Source of the DNA: Pseudomonadota bacterium
Lineage (GTDB): Bacteria > Pseudomonadota > Alphaproteobacteria > Rhizobiales > CAJQND01
NCBI GenBank assembly: GCA_039180225.1
Contig: JBCDDQ010000002.1
Span: 1 to 47,990, forward strand
DNA: 47,990 bases
Direction: 5' to 3'
This document shows positions 1-8,153 of this stretch, in pieces; the first letter of the stretch is position 1, and each line of letters opens with the position of its first letter. Both the position numbers and the translations under genes were made by a program. The notes beneath the pieces were generated by a model. That model did not search any database, was not told the DNA's origin, and worked only from the letters and a program-made list of their open reading frames with translations.

Positions 1-1299
1 CACAGAGAACGAGCTTTCCTTGTTGATCTTTCGCTTGCGGGAGTAAAAGCCGATATCGATGTCGACGCCGGTATAAGGACCGGTGAAGTGCACCGGATCA
101 GCGTCATGGTCATGACCTGCCTGCACTTCCGCAATCAGGTGGGCCATCATGGCGCCGGCAATGGGGGCGTTTTTGAACTGGTTGCCGCTGGAGCCGATGG
201 CCATGTAGTAGCCCGGCACCGAAGAGCAATCGTAGATCGGGATCCAGTCATCGGCCACATCATAGAGGCTGACCACACCCTTCATGGATGACGGGATACC
301 AAGCTCCGGGATCCGCTGGGCGCAGCGCAGGGCCTGAATCTGCCACTGCTCGGAGAAGTTCTCATCATAGTCATCCGGGTCCACAAACTCGCGCGGGTCG
401 CATTCAGGATCCTCAGAGCCTACCAGGATGAAGTTTCCCTTCTCAGGCCGGGTATAGCAGGCAATATCGCTGTCGGACGTGACGATGCCATTGGTGTCAT
501 AGTCCGTAACAGGACACGGCAGATGCACGACCTCCTGCTTCAGCGCCTTGGTCTCGATCTCCATGTCGTCCAAAGCACCGGCCATCGCATTGATCTTGAA
601 GGAATGGGGCCCGGCCACATTGACCACTACAGAGCTCTCAATGGCGGTCCCGTCGTCCAGCACGATGCCGGCCACTTTGCCCGCATCGTCCTTGGTGATC
701 TCGGTGACTTTGCGGTTGAAGAGGAATTCCCCACCGGCGGCTTCTGCTGCGCGCTGCTCGTTATGGGTGGCCAATTGAGGATCGCTGATATAGCCCGCGC
801 ACGGGAAGAACACGGCCCCTTGCAGGTCGCCCTCAGTATCCGCTTCCCCAAAGCCCTCATCGCCCGGGCGCTTGGCCGGGGCAAACAGGCTCGTGTCGTA
901 GTGGGGCATGCGAACCTTTAGCGTGTCCGTGTCCCAGTTCTCGTAGGGGATCTCAAGCGCATCCATGTTAGCCATGATGTTGGCCATGTAGCCGTTTTCC
1001 TTGGTCTTCATGACCGCGCAGCCATTGTCGTGAAACAGCGCCAGGCCGCGTTCATCTTCCGTGGCCAGCCACTCAGCCCAGTTCTTCCAGTAAAAATAAC
1101 CTTCATACGCCAAAGCCGAGCCGGCGAGCGTTGAATAGTGAGTGCGGATGATGGCGCAGGACGCCGAGGTGGAGCCGTAGCCGGCGGCCGGCAGCATATC
1201 CACGTTCAGGGTCTTCCAGCCCTTGCGGGCAAGCTCCAGCGCGATTGCCGCGCCAATGATCCCGGCGCCGATGATCACCGCGTCATAACTCTTGGTCAT
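1..1299 (-). CDS. FAD-dependent oxidoreductase (COG0665, DadA/SoxB/opine-oxidase-like); 3' end cut by window edge
   Basis: Hand translation of the minus strand from ATG at 1299..1297 gives MTKSYDAVIIGAGIIGAAIALELARKGW (GxGxxG dinucleotide-binding fold). Segments checked at 1-60, 601-660 and 1201-1299 are in frame and stop-free (...IDIGFYSRKRKINKESSFSV at base 1). Absent from the ORF track because there is no stop in the window. Lies 11 nt downstream of the permease gene on the same strand. Confidence 0.8.
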   Translation of the reverse strand, partial: MTKSYDAVIIGAGIIGAAIALELARKGWKTLNVDMLPAAGYGSTSASCAIIRTHYSTLAGSALAYEGYFYWKNWAEWLATEDERGLALFHDNGCAVMKTKENGYMANIMANMDALEIPYENWDTDTLKVRMPHYDTSLFAPAKRPGDEGFGEADTEGDLQGAVFFPCAGYISDPQLATHNEQRAAEAAGGEFLFNRKVTEITKDDAGKVAGIVLDDGTAIESSVVVNVAGPHSFKINAMAGALDDMEIETKALKQEVVHLPCPVTDYDTNGIVTSDSDIACYTRPEKGNFILVGSEDPECDPREFVDPDDYDENFSEQWQIQALRCAQRIPELGIPSSMKGVVSLYDVADDWIPIYDCSSVPGYYMAIGSSGNQFKNAPIAGAMMAHLIAEVQAGHDHDADPVHFTGPYTGVDIDIGFYSRKRKINKESSFSV

Positions 1300-1310
1300 C
1301 CCAACCTGCC

Positions 1311-2147
1311 CTACTCTTCGATGCGCTTCAGATGCCGCGTGAGCCGCGCCTCCAGCTTGTCCCAACAGCGGCGCAGTATTTCGACCATGGCCAGATACAT
1401 AATCGCCGCCCAGAGGTAAACCTGGAAGTCGTAGGAGCGCGAATAGGCCAGCTTGGTCTCGCCCATGAGATCGAACACGGTGATGATCGAGGCCACCGCT
1501 GAGCCCTTGATCATGAAGATGATCTCATTGCCAAAGGGCCTGAGCGCCGTGATGAAAGCCTGGGGCAGGATCACCCGCACATAGGTGACCAGTTTGCCGA
1601 GGCCGAGCGCATGGGCTCCTTCCCATTGGCCCTTGTGCACGTTGGCGATGGCACCGCGCAGGATCTCCGCCTGATAGGCAGCCGTGTTCAAGGTGAAGGT
1701 GAAGAGCGCGCAGTTATAGGCATCGCGGAAAAACCACCACAGCCCCCAGTCCTGCAACACGGGCCGGAACTGGCCAGCACCGTAGTAGACCAGAAAGGCC
1801 TGGGCGATGAGCGGTGTGCCGCGGAAAAAGTAGACATAACCATAGGCGGCGCCGCGTATGACCGGGTTGGCGTGGGTGCGGGCCAGCGCCATGGGGAAGG
1901 CGATGATCGCGCCCATGACAATGGCGGAGGTACACAGCTGAACGGTGATCCACAGACCGCCCACCATCCGCGGCAGATATCTGTCCACGAACTCCGGATC
2001 GTAGTTGACCACGATCATGCGGATCAGGAAGTAAGCGATCAGCGCGTAAAGCGCGAGCACGCCGATACCCACAATGCGCCCGGTGGTCCACGCTCTGCTG
2101 GAAGAGACTGTGGGTTTTTCAGCTGCGGTGATCTCTACCGTGCTCAT
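1311..2147 (-). CDS. Polar amino acid/opine ABC transporter permease (HisM/OccM-like)
   Basis: ORF track 1311..2201. Multi-TM protein with an EAA-type loop (WEGAHALGLGKLVTYVRVILPQAF). I prefer the internal ATG at 2147 (MSTVEITAAEK) because the longer form overlaps the upstream permease stop at 2152. Confidence 0.8.
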   Translation of the reverse strand: MSTVEITAAEKPTVSSSRAWTTGRIVGIGVLALYALIAYFLIRMIVVNYDPEFVDRYLPRMVGGLWITVQLCTSAIVMGAIIAFPMALARTHANPVIRGAAYGYVYFFRGTPLIAQAFLVYYGAGQFRPVLQDWGLWWFFRDAYNCALFTFTLNTAAYQAEILRGAIANVHKGQWEGAHALGLGKLVTYVRVILPQAFITALRPFGNEIIFMIKGSAVASIITVFDLMGETKLAYSRSYDFQVYLWAAIMYLAMVEILRRCWDKLEARLTRHLKRIEE

Positions 2148-2151
2148 GGAC

Positions 2152-2859
2152 CTAGCGCTCCTGACCGCGGTTGGCCCAGCGCTCTGCACCCCCAAGAACA
2201 ACGGAGGAGGCCAGTGCGAAGAACAGGTAGATGAAGCAGGTCACCGCGTAGAAGAAGAACGGCTCCTTGGTGGCACCCACCACGATGTTGGTCTGGCGCA
2301 TCAGATCGTCGAGCGCAATGACCGAAATCAGCGCCGTTTCCTTCAACAGCAGGAGCCAGAGATTGCCAAGTCCCGGCAAGGCATGGCGGATGAGCTGGGG
2401 AAGGACCACAAAGAGCCAGGTGTAAAACCGGCTGAGACCCATGGCGCGGGCGGCCTCGACCTGGCCGGCCGGAATGGCCTTCAGGGCGCCCATGATCACC
2501 TCGCTGGAGAACGAGGCATTGACGATGCCGAGCGCCACCATGCCGGAGACGAACTTGCTGAGCTCCCAGCGCTCGCCTGAGAACGTTTGGACCACCTCAT
2601 TGATGAGCAGGTCCAGCCCAATATAGATGATTAAGATGGTGAGCAGTTCCGGCAGGCCCCGGAACACGGTGACGAACACATTGGCAGCGGCCACAAGCTC
2701 CGGCTCGTCAGAACGCCGGGCAAGAGCGAGGAGAAAGCCCAAAAACAGCCCAAACGGAAGCGTGGCCAGCGCCAGACGAATGGTCAGCCAGGCCCCGGTG
2801 GCCAGTTCATCGCCCCATCCCTCTTTTCCCCACGCCAGGAGGCCGATCAGCTCTTCCAT
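2152..2859 (-). CDS. Polar amino acid/opine ABC transporter permease (HisQ/OccQ-like)
   Basis: 235-aa multi-TM ORF with an EAA loop (EAARAMGLSRFYTWLFVVLPQLIR). Lies between the binding-protein gene and the second permease gene. Confidence 0.85.
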   Translation of the reverse strand: MEELIGLLAWGKEGWGDELATGAWLTIRLALATLPFGLFLGFLLALARRSDEPELVAAANVFVTVFRGLPELLTILIIYIGLDLLINEVVQTFSGERWELSKFVSGMVALGIVNASFSSEVIMGALKAIPAGQVEAARAMGLSRFYTWLFVVLPQLIRHALPGLGNLWLLLLKETALISVIALDDLMRQTNIVVGATKEPFFFYAVTCFIYLFFALASSVVLGGAERWANRGQER

Positions 2860-2953
2860 AGCCTTATCGCTCTAACCCCTCAAACAAAATTGGCGGACGG
2901 CCCATCTCAGCACCGCCCGCCAATCACTGTCAGACATTATGTGTCATGACACA

Positions 2954-3724
2954 TTAATAGATCGAGAACGGGAAATACTTCTTGTTGATCTTCTCATAGG
3001 TTCCGTCGGCGATGATCTCGGCCAGCGCCTTGTTCATGGCGGCCTTCAGCTCGGCGTCTTCCTTGCGCAGGGCAATGCCGGCGCCTTTGCCGAAGTGCTT
3101 TTCGGAGGTCACGTCCTTGCCCACAAACTCGCAGCACGCGCCGTCCTTGGTTTTCATCCATTCCAGGAGAACGATCGAATCGGCCAGCACCAGATCCGTG
3201 CGCCCTGAGGCGAGATCCAGGTTGGCTTCGTCCTGGGTGCCGTAGAGTTTGATTTCCACGCCTTTGTAAATGTCTTCAAGATAGGTGGAATGGGTGGTCG
3301 AAGACTGTGCACCGATCACTTTGCCTTTCAAGGCTTGCGGGCTCGTGTCGGTGATGCCAGAGCCTTTCTGGGCCACGAAGCGAGCCGGGGTGTTGTAATA
3401 CTTGTTGGTGAAGGCCACCTTCTTTTCGCGCTCCGCCGTGATCGACATGGAAGCGATGATCGCATCGTACTTGTTGGCCAGCAGAGCCGGGATGATGCCA
3501 TCCCAATCCTGGGCCACGAAGGTGCAGTCGGCCTTCATTTTTTCGCAAAGCGCCTTTGCGATATCGATATCGAAGCCAATGAGATTCTTGTCAGCGTCAA
3601 AGGAGTTGAAGGGAGGGTAAGCTCCCTCGGTCCCGATTCTGACCTTCTTCATTTCGGCAGATGCGGCGCCGGTCATCAGAACCGCCGCAATGATTGCTCC
3701 ACAGAACAGCTTCAACAGTTTCAT
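2954..3724 (-). CDS. Periplasmic substrate-binding protein, family 3 (Lys/Arg/Orn/His/opine-binding type)
   Basis: Signal peptide MKLLKLFCGAIIAAVLMTGAASA, then RIGTEGAYPPFNSFDADKNLIGFDIDIAKALC, typical of HisJ/ArgT/OccJ-type binding proteins. First gene of the minus-strand operon. Confidence 0.85.
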   Translation of the reverse strand: MKLLKLFCGAIIAAVLMTGAASAEMKKVRIGTEGAYPPFNSFDADKNLIGFDIDIAKALCEKMKADCTFVAQDWDGIIPALLANKYDAIIASMSITAEREKKVAFTNKYYNTPARFVAQKGSGITDTSPQALKGKVIGAQSSTTHSTYLEDIYKGVEIKLYGTQDEANLDLASGRTDLVLADSIVLLEWMKTKDGACCEFVGKDVTSEKHFGKGAGIALRKEDAELKAAMNKALAEIIADGTYEKINKKYFPFSIY

Positions 3725-3932
3725 AAGTTCGCCCTTTCTCCAGCGGGGATTATTCTCTCAGGTTCTCGAATGGCCGCTTCATCGCACCCCGGTCCGAACG
3801 AGCTCTCGCAACCTTTCCCCGTGCGAAACTAACCGAATTTCCCTATGAAAGGCAACGAAAACACTTCGCCGCCAGGCAAATTGAGTTTCCCTAAGGAGAG
3901 CTTGTTCTCAACCGTGCCAGAGTCCATCGGAT

Positions 3933-5033
3933 ATGACCATCGCCTTCTACGCCCCTCTCAAGTCTCCTGATCATCCGGTGCCGTCCGGTGACCGTCAGAT
4001 GGCGCGGCTTCTGGTGGCGGCGTTGGCGGTGGCCGGATATGATCCGCAACCGGCGTCCAGCTTGCGGGGGTATCTGCCAAAGGGTGATTGTGGGCTTGAA
4101 GCGCTGCAATCAGCTGCGCGGGCGGAAGTGGATAGGCTGCTCGATGCCTATAGGTCCGGCATCCTTCGGACCCCAGACATCTGGTTCACCTATCACCCCT
4201 ACTACAAGTCCCCCGACCTGATCGGGCCTCATATCGCCGACGCGCTGGGGGTTCCGTACGTAACGGCAGAAGCCTCGCACGCAAACAAACGTGCCAGCGG
4301 ACCCTGGGCCCGGGCGCATCAATGCAATCAGAAGGCGTTGGAGCGCGCGGATCTGAACTTCTACTTCACGCAAACCGACCGTGAGGGCCTCGTGAGCCTC
4401 GTCCACAGCGAAGGCAAGGTCTGTCATCTGCCGCCCTTTCTGGATGTGCAGGGCATCCCTGAACGCACCGTCTGGGAAACCGGCGCCGATCGGACGGTCC
4501 GCCTCCTCACGGTGGCGATGATGCGCCAGGATGTGAAGCTCGACAGCTATCGGATGCTGGCTGAAGCCCTTAGGGGCATGAAAGATCTAAGCTGGAGCCT
4601 CGACATTGTGGGCGACGGCGACGCCCGCCCTCAGGTGAACGCGGCATTCGCCCCGCTGCCACAGGAACGGCTTACCTGGCACGGTCGGCTGACCCCTGAG
4701 GCTCTCGCGCCCCTATATGCCGCGTGTGACCTCTACGTGTGGCCGGGCTTTGGGGAGGCTTATGGAATGGCCTTTCTGGAGGCCCAGGCCGCAGGGTTGG
4801 CCGTTGTGGCGCAGGACACCGGCGGGATTGCGAGCGTCGTGCGTCACCGCGAGACCGGTCTGCTTACACAGCTGAACGATGTAGGGGCCTATCGCAAAGG
4901 CCTTTCAGAACTCATAGAGAACCAGGGCCAACGTGCCCAGTTCGGTCGGGCAGCCTTGACCTTCGTGCGCTCAGAGCGCTCCATTGAAACCGCTTCGGCG
5001 CGCCTGAAAGAAGCATTGGACCGGCTGACATGA
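3933..5033 (+). CDS. Glycosyltransferase, GT4/group 1 (GT-B, retaining type)
   Basis: 366-aa ORF. The C-terminal region GFGEAYGMAFLEAQAAGLAVVAQDTGGIASVV matches the E-x7-E nucleotide-sugar binding region of GT4 enzymes. Confidence 0.75.
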   Translation: MTIAFYAPLKSPDHPVPSGDRQMARLLVAALAVAGYDPQPASSLRGYLPKGDCGLEALQSAARAEVDRLLDAYRSGILRTPDIWFTYHPYYKSPDLIGPHIADALGVPYVTAEASHANKRASGPWARAHQCNQKALERADLNFYFTQTDREGLVSLVHSEGKVCHLPPFLDVQGIPERTVWETGADRTVRLLTVAMMRQDVKLDSYRMLAEALRGMKDLSWSLDIVGDGDARPQVNAAFAPLPQERLTWHGRLTPEALAPLYAACDLYVWPGFGEAYGMAFLEAQAAGLAVVAQDTGGIASVVRHRETGLLTQLNDVGAYRKGLSELIENQGQRAQFGRAALTFVRSERSIETASARLKEALDRLT

Positions 5034-5764
5034 GTGCAACGTGGAGAGACCTTCAAGCGGCGCTGGACCGTCAGGCCGGCCCGGTTCAGTTCTGGTTGCG
5101 CGATGATGATGCGGTGAGAGATACGCCGCCGCTGCGTCGCCTGGCCGATTGGGCTGCCCATCAGGAGACCGAGGTGCTGATCGCGCTCGTGCCCTCGCTC
5201 GCCGATGACACACTGCAAGCGGCGATGGCCTCGCTCCCCCAGTTTTCTGGCGCGGTACACGGCTGGGCCCACAAGAACCATGCACCGCAAACAGAGAAGA
5301 AGCAGGAGCTGGGCGCACACAGAGCGCTGGACGAGATCTGCGCTGAGCTCAAGTCCGCACTCCGGCTGACCGAGGAGATCGCCGCAAACCGTGCTCTTCC
5401 CGTCTTGGTCCCCCCTTGGAACCGCGTTTCAGCCGATGTGGTGCGTGCGTTGCCGGCGTTGGGATTTTCCGGCCTGTCCACATTCGCCGATGCACACGCT
5501 CAGGGCGGCCCTGAAAGACTGGCGGTTCGCAACAGCCATATCGACATTATCGACTGGCGCGGCACCCGGGGCGGCAGGCCTCATGGTGAACTGATTGGAG
5601 AAATGGTTGACGCTCTGGAGGCCGACCAGCAGCTTATCGGCATCTTGTCTCATCACTTGGTGCATGACGAAACGGCCTGGTCGTTCCTGGACGCGGTGGG
5701 TTTGGCCGTAACCAGTCATCCCCGTGCATGTTGGATCGGCCCCGGCGAGGCGTTCAGCTCCTAA
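5030..5764 (+). CDS. Polysaccharide deacetylase-like protein (NodB/CE4-like)
   Basis: ATGA start/stop overlap with the GT4 gene (5030-5033). Contains WLRDDDAV (Asp-rich motif 1) and AVHGWAHKNH (His-x-x-x-His type motif). This family assignment is less certain than the others. Confidence 0.6.
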   Translation: MSATWRDLQAALDRQAGPVQFWLRDDDAVRDTPPLRRLADWAAHQETEVLIALVPSLADDTLQAAMASLPQFSGAVHGWAHKNHAPQTEKKQELGAHRALDEICAELKSALRLTEEIAANRALPVLVPPWNRVSADVVRALPALGFSGLSTFADAHAQGGPERLAVRNSHIDIIDWRGTRGGRPHGELIGEMVDALEADQQLIGILSHHLVHDETAWSFLDAVGLAVTSHPRACWIGPGEAFSS

Positions 5765-7143
5765 GGATGCAGCACCGCAAGCTGAAACTCGCCGCGTGTG
5801 CCTTCTACTTGCGAACTGATGACCTCAATCTCGCGTTCGGGTGCGTAACCTTGCGCTCTGGCCGTCTCCAGGAACTCTGCCGTGCACAGGGCTTTTGAGC
5901 CCGGCACCTTGTTGTGTTTCTCAAGCTTGGCGGACAGATTCACAGCCGGGCCGATCACCGTGAATTCCAGGCGCTTCTCATCGCCCACAGCCCCCACCGA
6001 AATCGGGCCGCCGGCAACGGCCGCATTGATGGCATGGGGATCAAAGCGTTCAAGTTCGGGTATGTCTTTCCAGGTGAGCACATTGGCGATGATCTCATCA
6101 ACGGCGTGCAACGAATCCGCTGCGTACGTTTCGCTTGGCGCCAGAGCGCCGAAGGTGGCCATGATCCCGTCGCCTAAGAACTTGTCGATGGTCCCGCCAT
6201 TGGCCTGGATGATGGGCACGATTTGCTTTTGGTACGCGGTGAGGATGCCCATGACCTCGTTGGCCGGCATGCTGGCGGCCATGGTGGTGAAGCCACGAAT
6301 ATCGATATTAAGGACAGCGGCCTCCAGGGTGGCACCCTCGCCTGCCGAGATGGACTGATCTGCTGTTGTAATCTGAGAGGCGACGGAGGCGTCAAAGAAG
6401 CGGGAGAGTTCCTGAGCCGCCTGCTGATCGCGCACCGCGCCGACCAGCAAGGCATAACCGCGCCGCAGGGCCAAGGCTAAAATGGCGGTGACCAGCAAGA
6501 TGGTGATGATCTTGTCCAGTTCCGCCCCGATGAGGATTGAGTTGCTGGTGAGGTACTCCACATAATCCCGCGTGATCATGGTGTTTTCCGGATCGATGCT
6601 GATCACGTAAATCACCATGGCCATCCAGCCTAAGGAGGCCAAAACACCTGCCGCCACCACAAACCGCGCCTGAAAGCGCATGGCCCGGATGGCAATGAAG
6701 ATGAAGGCGTACAGGATCGTTGGCGCTTTCAGATAGAAAGACGCAGGCTGCTCATACTGGATGTGAAAGCTCCAAATCAGAACCATCAGCAGGGTCATGT
6801 CTATCAGTATGGAGCCGTAAACCGCCCAGTCGTTCAGCCCCCAGCGCAGGGCCCAGAACAAGCCAATCAGATTCAAAATGATGTAGATCGAAAGCGCATA
6901 GGGCACAGGGGAGAAGGCGGTGCCTGCGTCCGTCTTTGGAGAGGCGAGATAAAGCACCGCCATGATGGAAACCACGGCCAGCTGGATCAGCTTGGCCAAC
7001 ACTTCGCTGGCATGGTCCTGACGCTCGATGGAGCGGACGATACGCTGTGGCAGGTTTCGATGACTTTCCCATGGCACCGCGGTCCGGACGATGGCGCGCA
7101 AGTCATCGCCGGGCGCGCGCTCGCGCTGTTGCAGGTCAGTCAT
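5761..7143 (-). CDS. Membrane-anchored class III adenylate/guanylate cyclase
   Basis: About 6 predicted TM helices in aa 50-230, then a cyclase homology domain: VLNIDIRGFT (metal Asp281), DKFLGDGIMATFG (Lys321, Asp325), FTVIGPAVNLSAKLE. Confidence 0.85.
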   Translation of the reverse strand: MTDLQQRERAPGDDLRAIVRTAVPWESHRNLPQRIVRSIERQDHASEVLAKLIQLAVVSIMAVLYLASPKTDAGTAFSPVPYALSIYIILNLIGLFWALRWGLNDWAVYGSILIDMTLLMVLIWSFHIQYEQPASFYLKAPTILYAFIFIAIRAMRFQARFVVAAGVLASLGWMAMVIYVISIDPENTMITRDYVEYLTSNSILIGAELDKIITILLVTAILALALRRGYALLVGAVRDQQAAQELSRFFDASVASQITTADQSISAGEGATLEAAVLNIDIRGFTTMAASMPANEVMGILTAYQKQIVPIIQANGGTIDKFLGDGIMATFGALAPSETYAADSLHAVDEIIANVLTWKDIPELERFDPHAINAAVAGGPISVGAVGDEKRLEFTVIGPAVNLSAKLEKHNKVPGSKALCTAEFLETARAQGYAPEREIEVISSQVEGTRGEFQLAVLHP

Positions 7144-7973
7144 GGGTCGATCCGCATTCCTTCACGGACCACAACGGAGTTTGGATAGATGGCCTGGGCC
7201 TGGCGCTCAACGGATCGCAGGGTTTCGTCATCATGCGAGGGGCGGTGGTGGAAAATGCAATACTGGCCCGCATTGGCGGCCTCGCACAGGCGGATACCCT
7301 CCTGCCAGGTGGAATGGCCGAAGCCCACAAATTGCTCAAACACGCTATCGCAATAGGTGGCATCATAGATCACTACATCCGCGTCCTGGATTAGCTTCAA
7401 AATGTTCTGATCCGGCTTGCCAGGCACATGCTCGGTATCAGTGACGTAGCATATAGACTTTCCGCCATACTCGACCCGATAGCCCATGGCGCCGCCAGGA
7501 TGGTTCAAAGCTATCGTCTTGATGGTAACGCCTCCAGGCAAATCAAATTGATTGCCGGGCAGAAAATCGTGATATCCCACTCTGGCCTTAAAGATCTCCG
7601 GCGGCACCGGAAAGAACGGCGGAGACATGAACTTTTTGACAACGGATTTGGTGGTGGCGTCGTCATCATCTGAGTGGCCGGACCAAATATCGATCTGAAC
7701 CTCGTCGGACATGAACGGGGCGAAAAACGGCAATCCACCAATATGGTCATAGTGGGTGTGGGTGAAGAACAGATCCAGGCGGGTGATACCCTCTTGCTTC
7801 AGAAGCGTTCCAAGGGGATGAATACCAGAGCCCGCGTCGAACACGAGCACGCGTCCGCCGCAGCGAATCTCAACACATGGTGTATTTCCGCCAAACTCGA
7901 CTGTGTTTGGACCTGGCGTCGGAAGAGAACCTCTCACCCCCCAAAACCTTACAAAAAATTCGTCGTTGGCCAT
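7140..7973 (-). CDS. MBL-fold metallo-hydrolase (candidate class II-type cyclic nucleotide phosphodiesterase)
   Basis: N-terminus FVRFWGVRGSLPTPG and HxHxDH motif FFTHTHYDHIGG (nt 7743-7760). Its stop overlaps the cyclase start (ATGA at 7140-7143). Confidence 0.8.
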   Translation of the reverse strand: MANDEFFVRFWGVRGSLPTPGPNTVEFGGNTPCVEIRCGGRVLVFDAGSGIHPLGTLLKQEGITRLDLFFTHTHYDHIGGLPFFAPFMSDEVQIDIWSGHSDDDDATTKSVVKKFMSPPFFPVPPEIFKARVGYHDFLPGNQFDLPGGVTIKTIALNHPGGAMGYRVEYGGKSICYVTDTEHVPGKPDQNILKLIQDADVVIYDATYCDSVFEQFVGFGHSTWQEGIRLCEAANAGQYCIFHHRPSHDDETLRSVERQAQAIYPNSVVVREGMRIDP

Positions 7974-8153
7974 CTTCTCCCTAGTGCCCGTACACGATCA
8001 GCCCCATCTCTCCCAGCTGACGTGCCACCCTAGCATCAAAACCGGTGCGTGTGGCAACTGGTTCACCAACGTGACGCGCTATTGTGAGAAACCATGAGTT
8101 GTGCCTTATAGCAACCTTTGCCCGGTTGCTTCACAGTTGAAAAGGTCTGTTAG

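Noticed and set aside
8050-8067. CRP/Clr-like site TGTGG-N8-TCACC in the divergent MBL/cyclase - ugd intergenic region.
   Set aside because: The spacing is 8 rather than the 6 of the TGTGA-N6-TCACA consensus. Both half sites are imperfect. It does not match the rhizobial Clr TGTT-N8-AACA form. It is indistinguishable from chance by eye.
8110-8130. 7-bp inverted repeat AGCAACC-N7-GGTTGCT in the ugd leader.
   Set aside because: It is too short and has no flanking U-tract or recognisable riboswitch or operator context. It is noted only as a possible minor structure.
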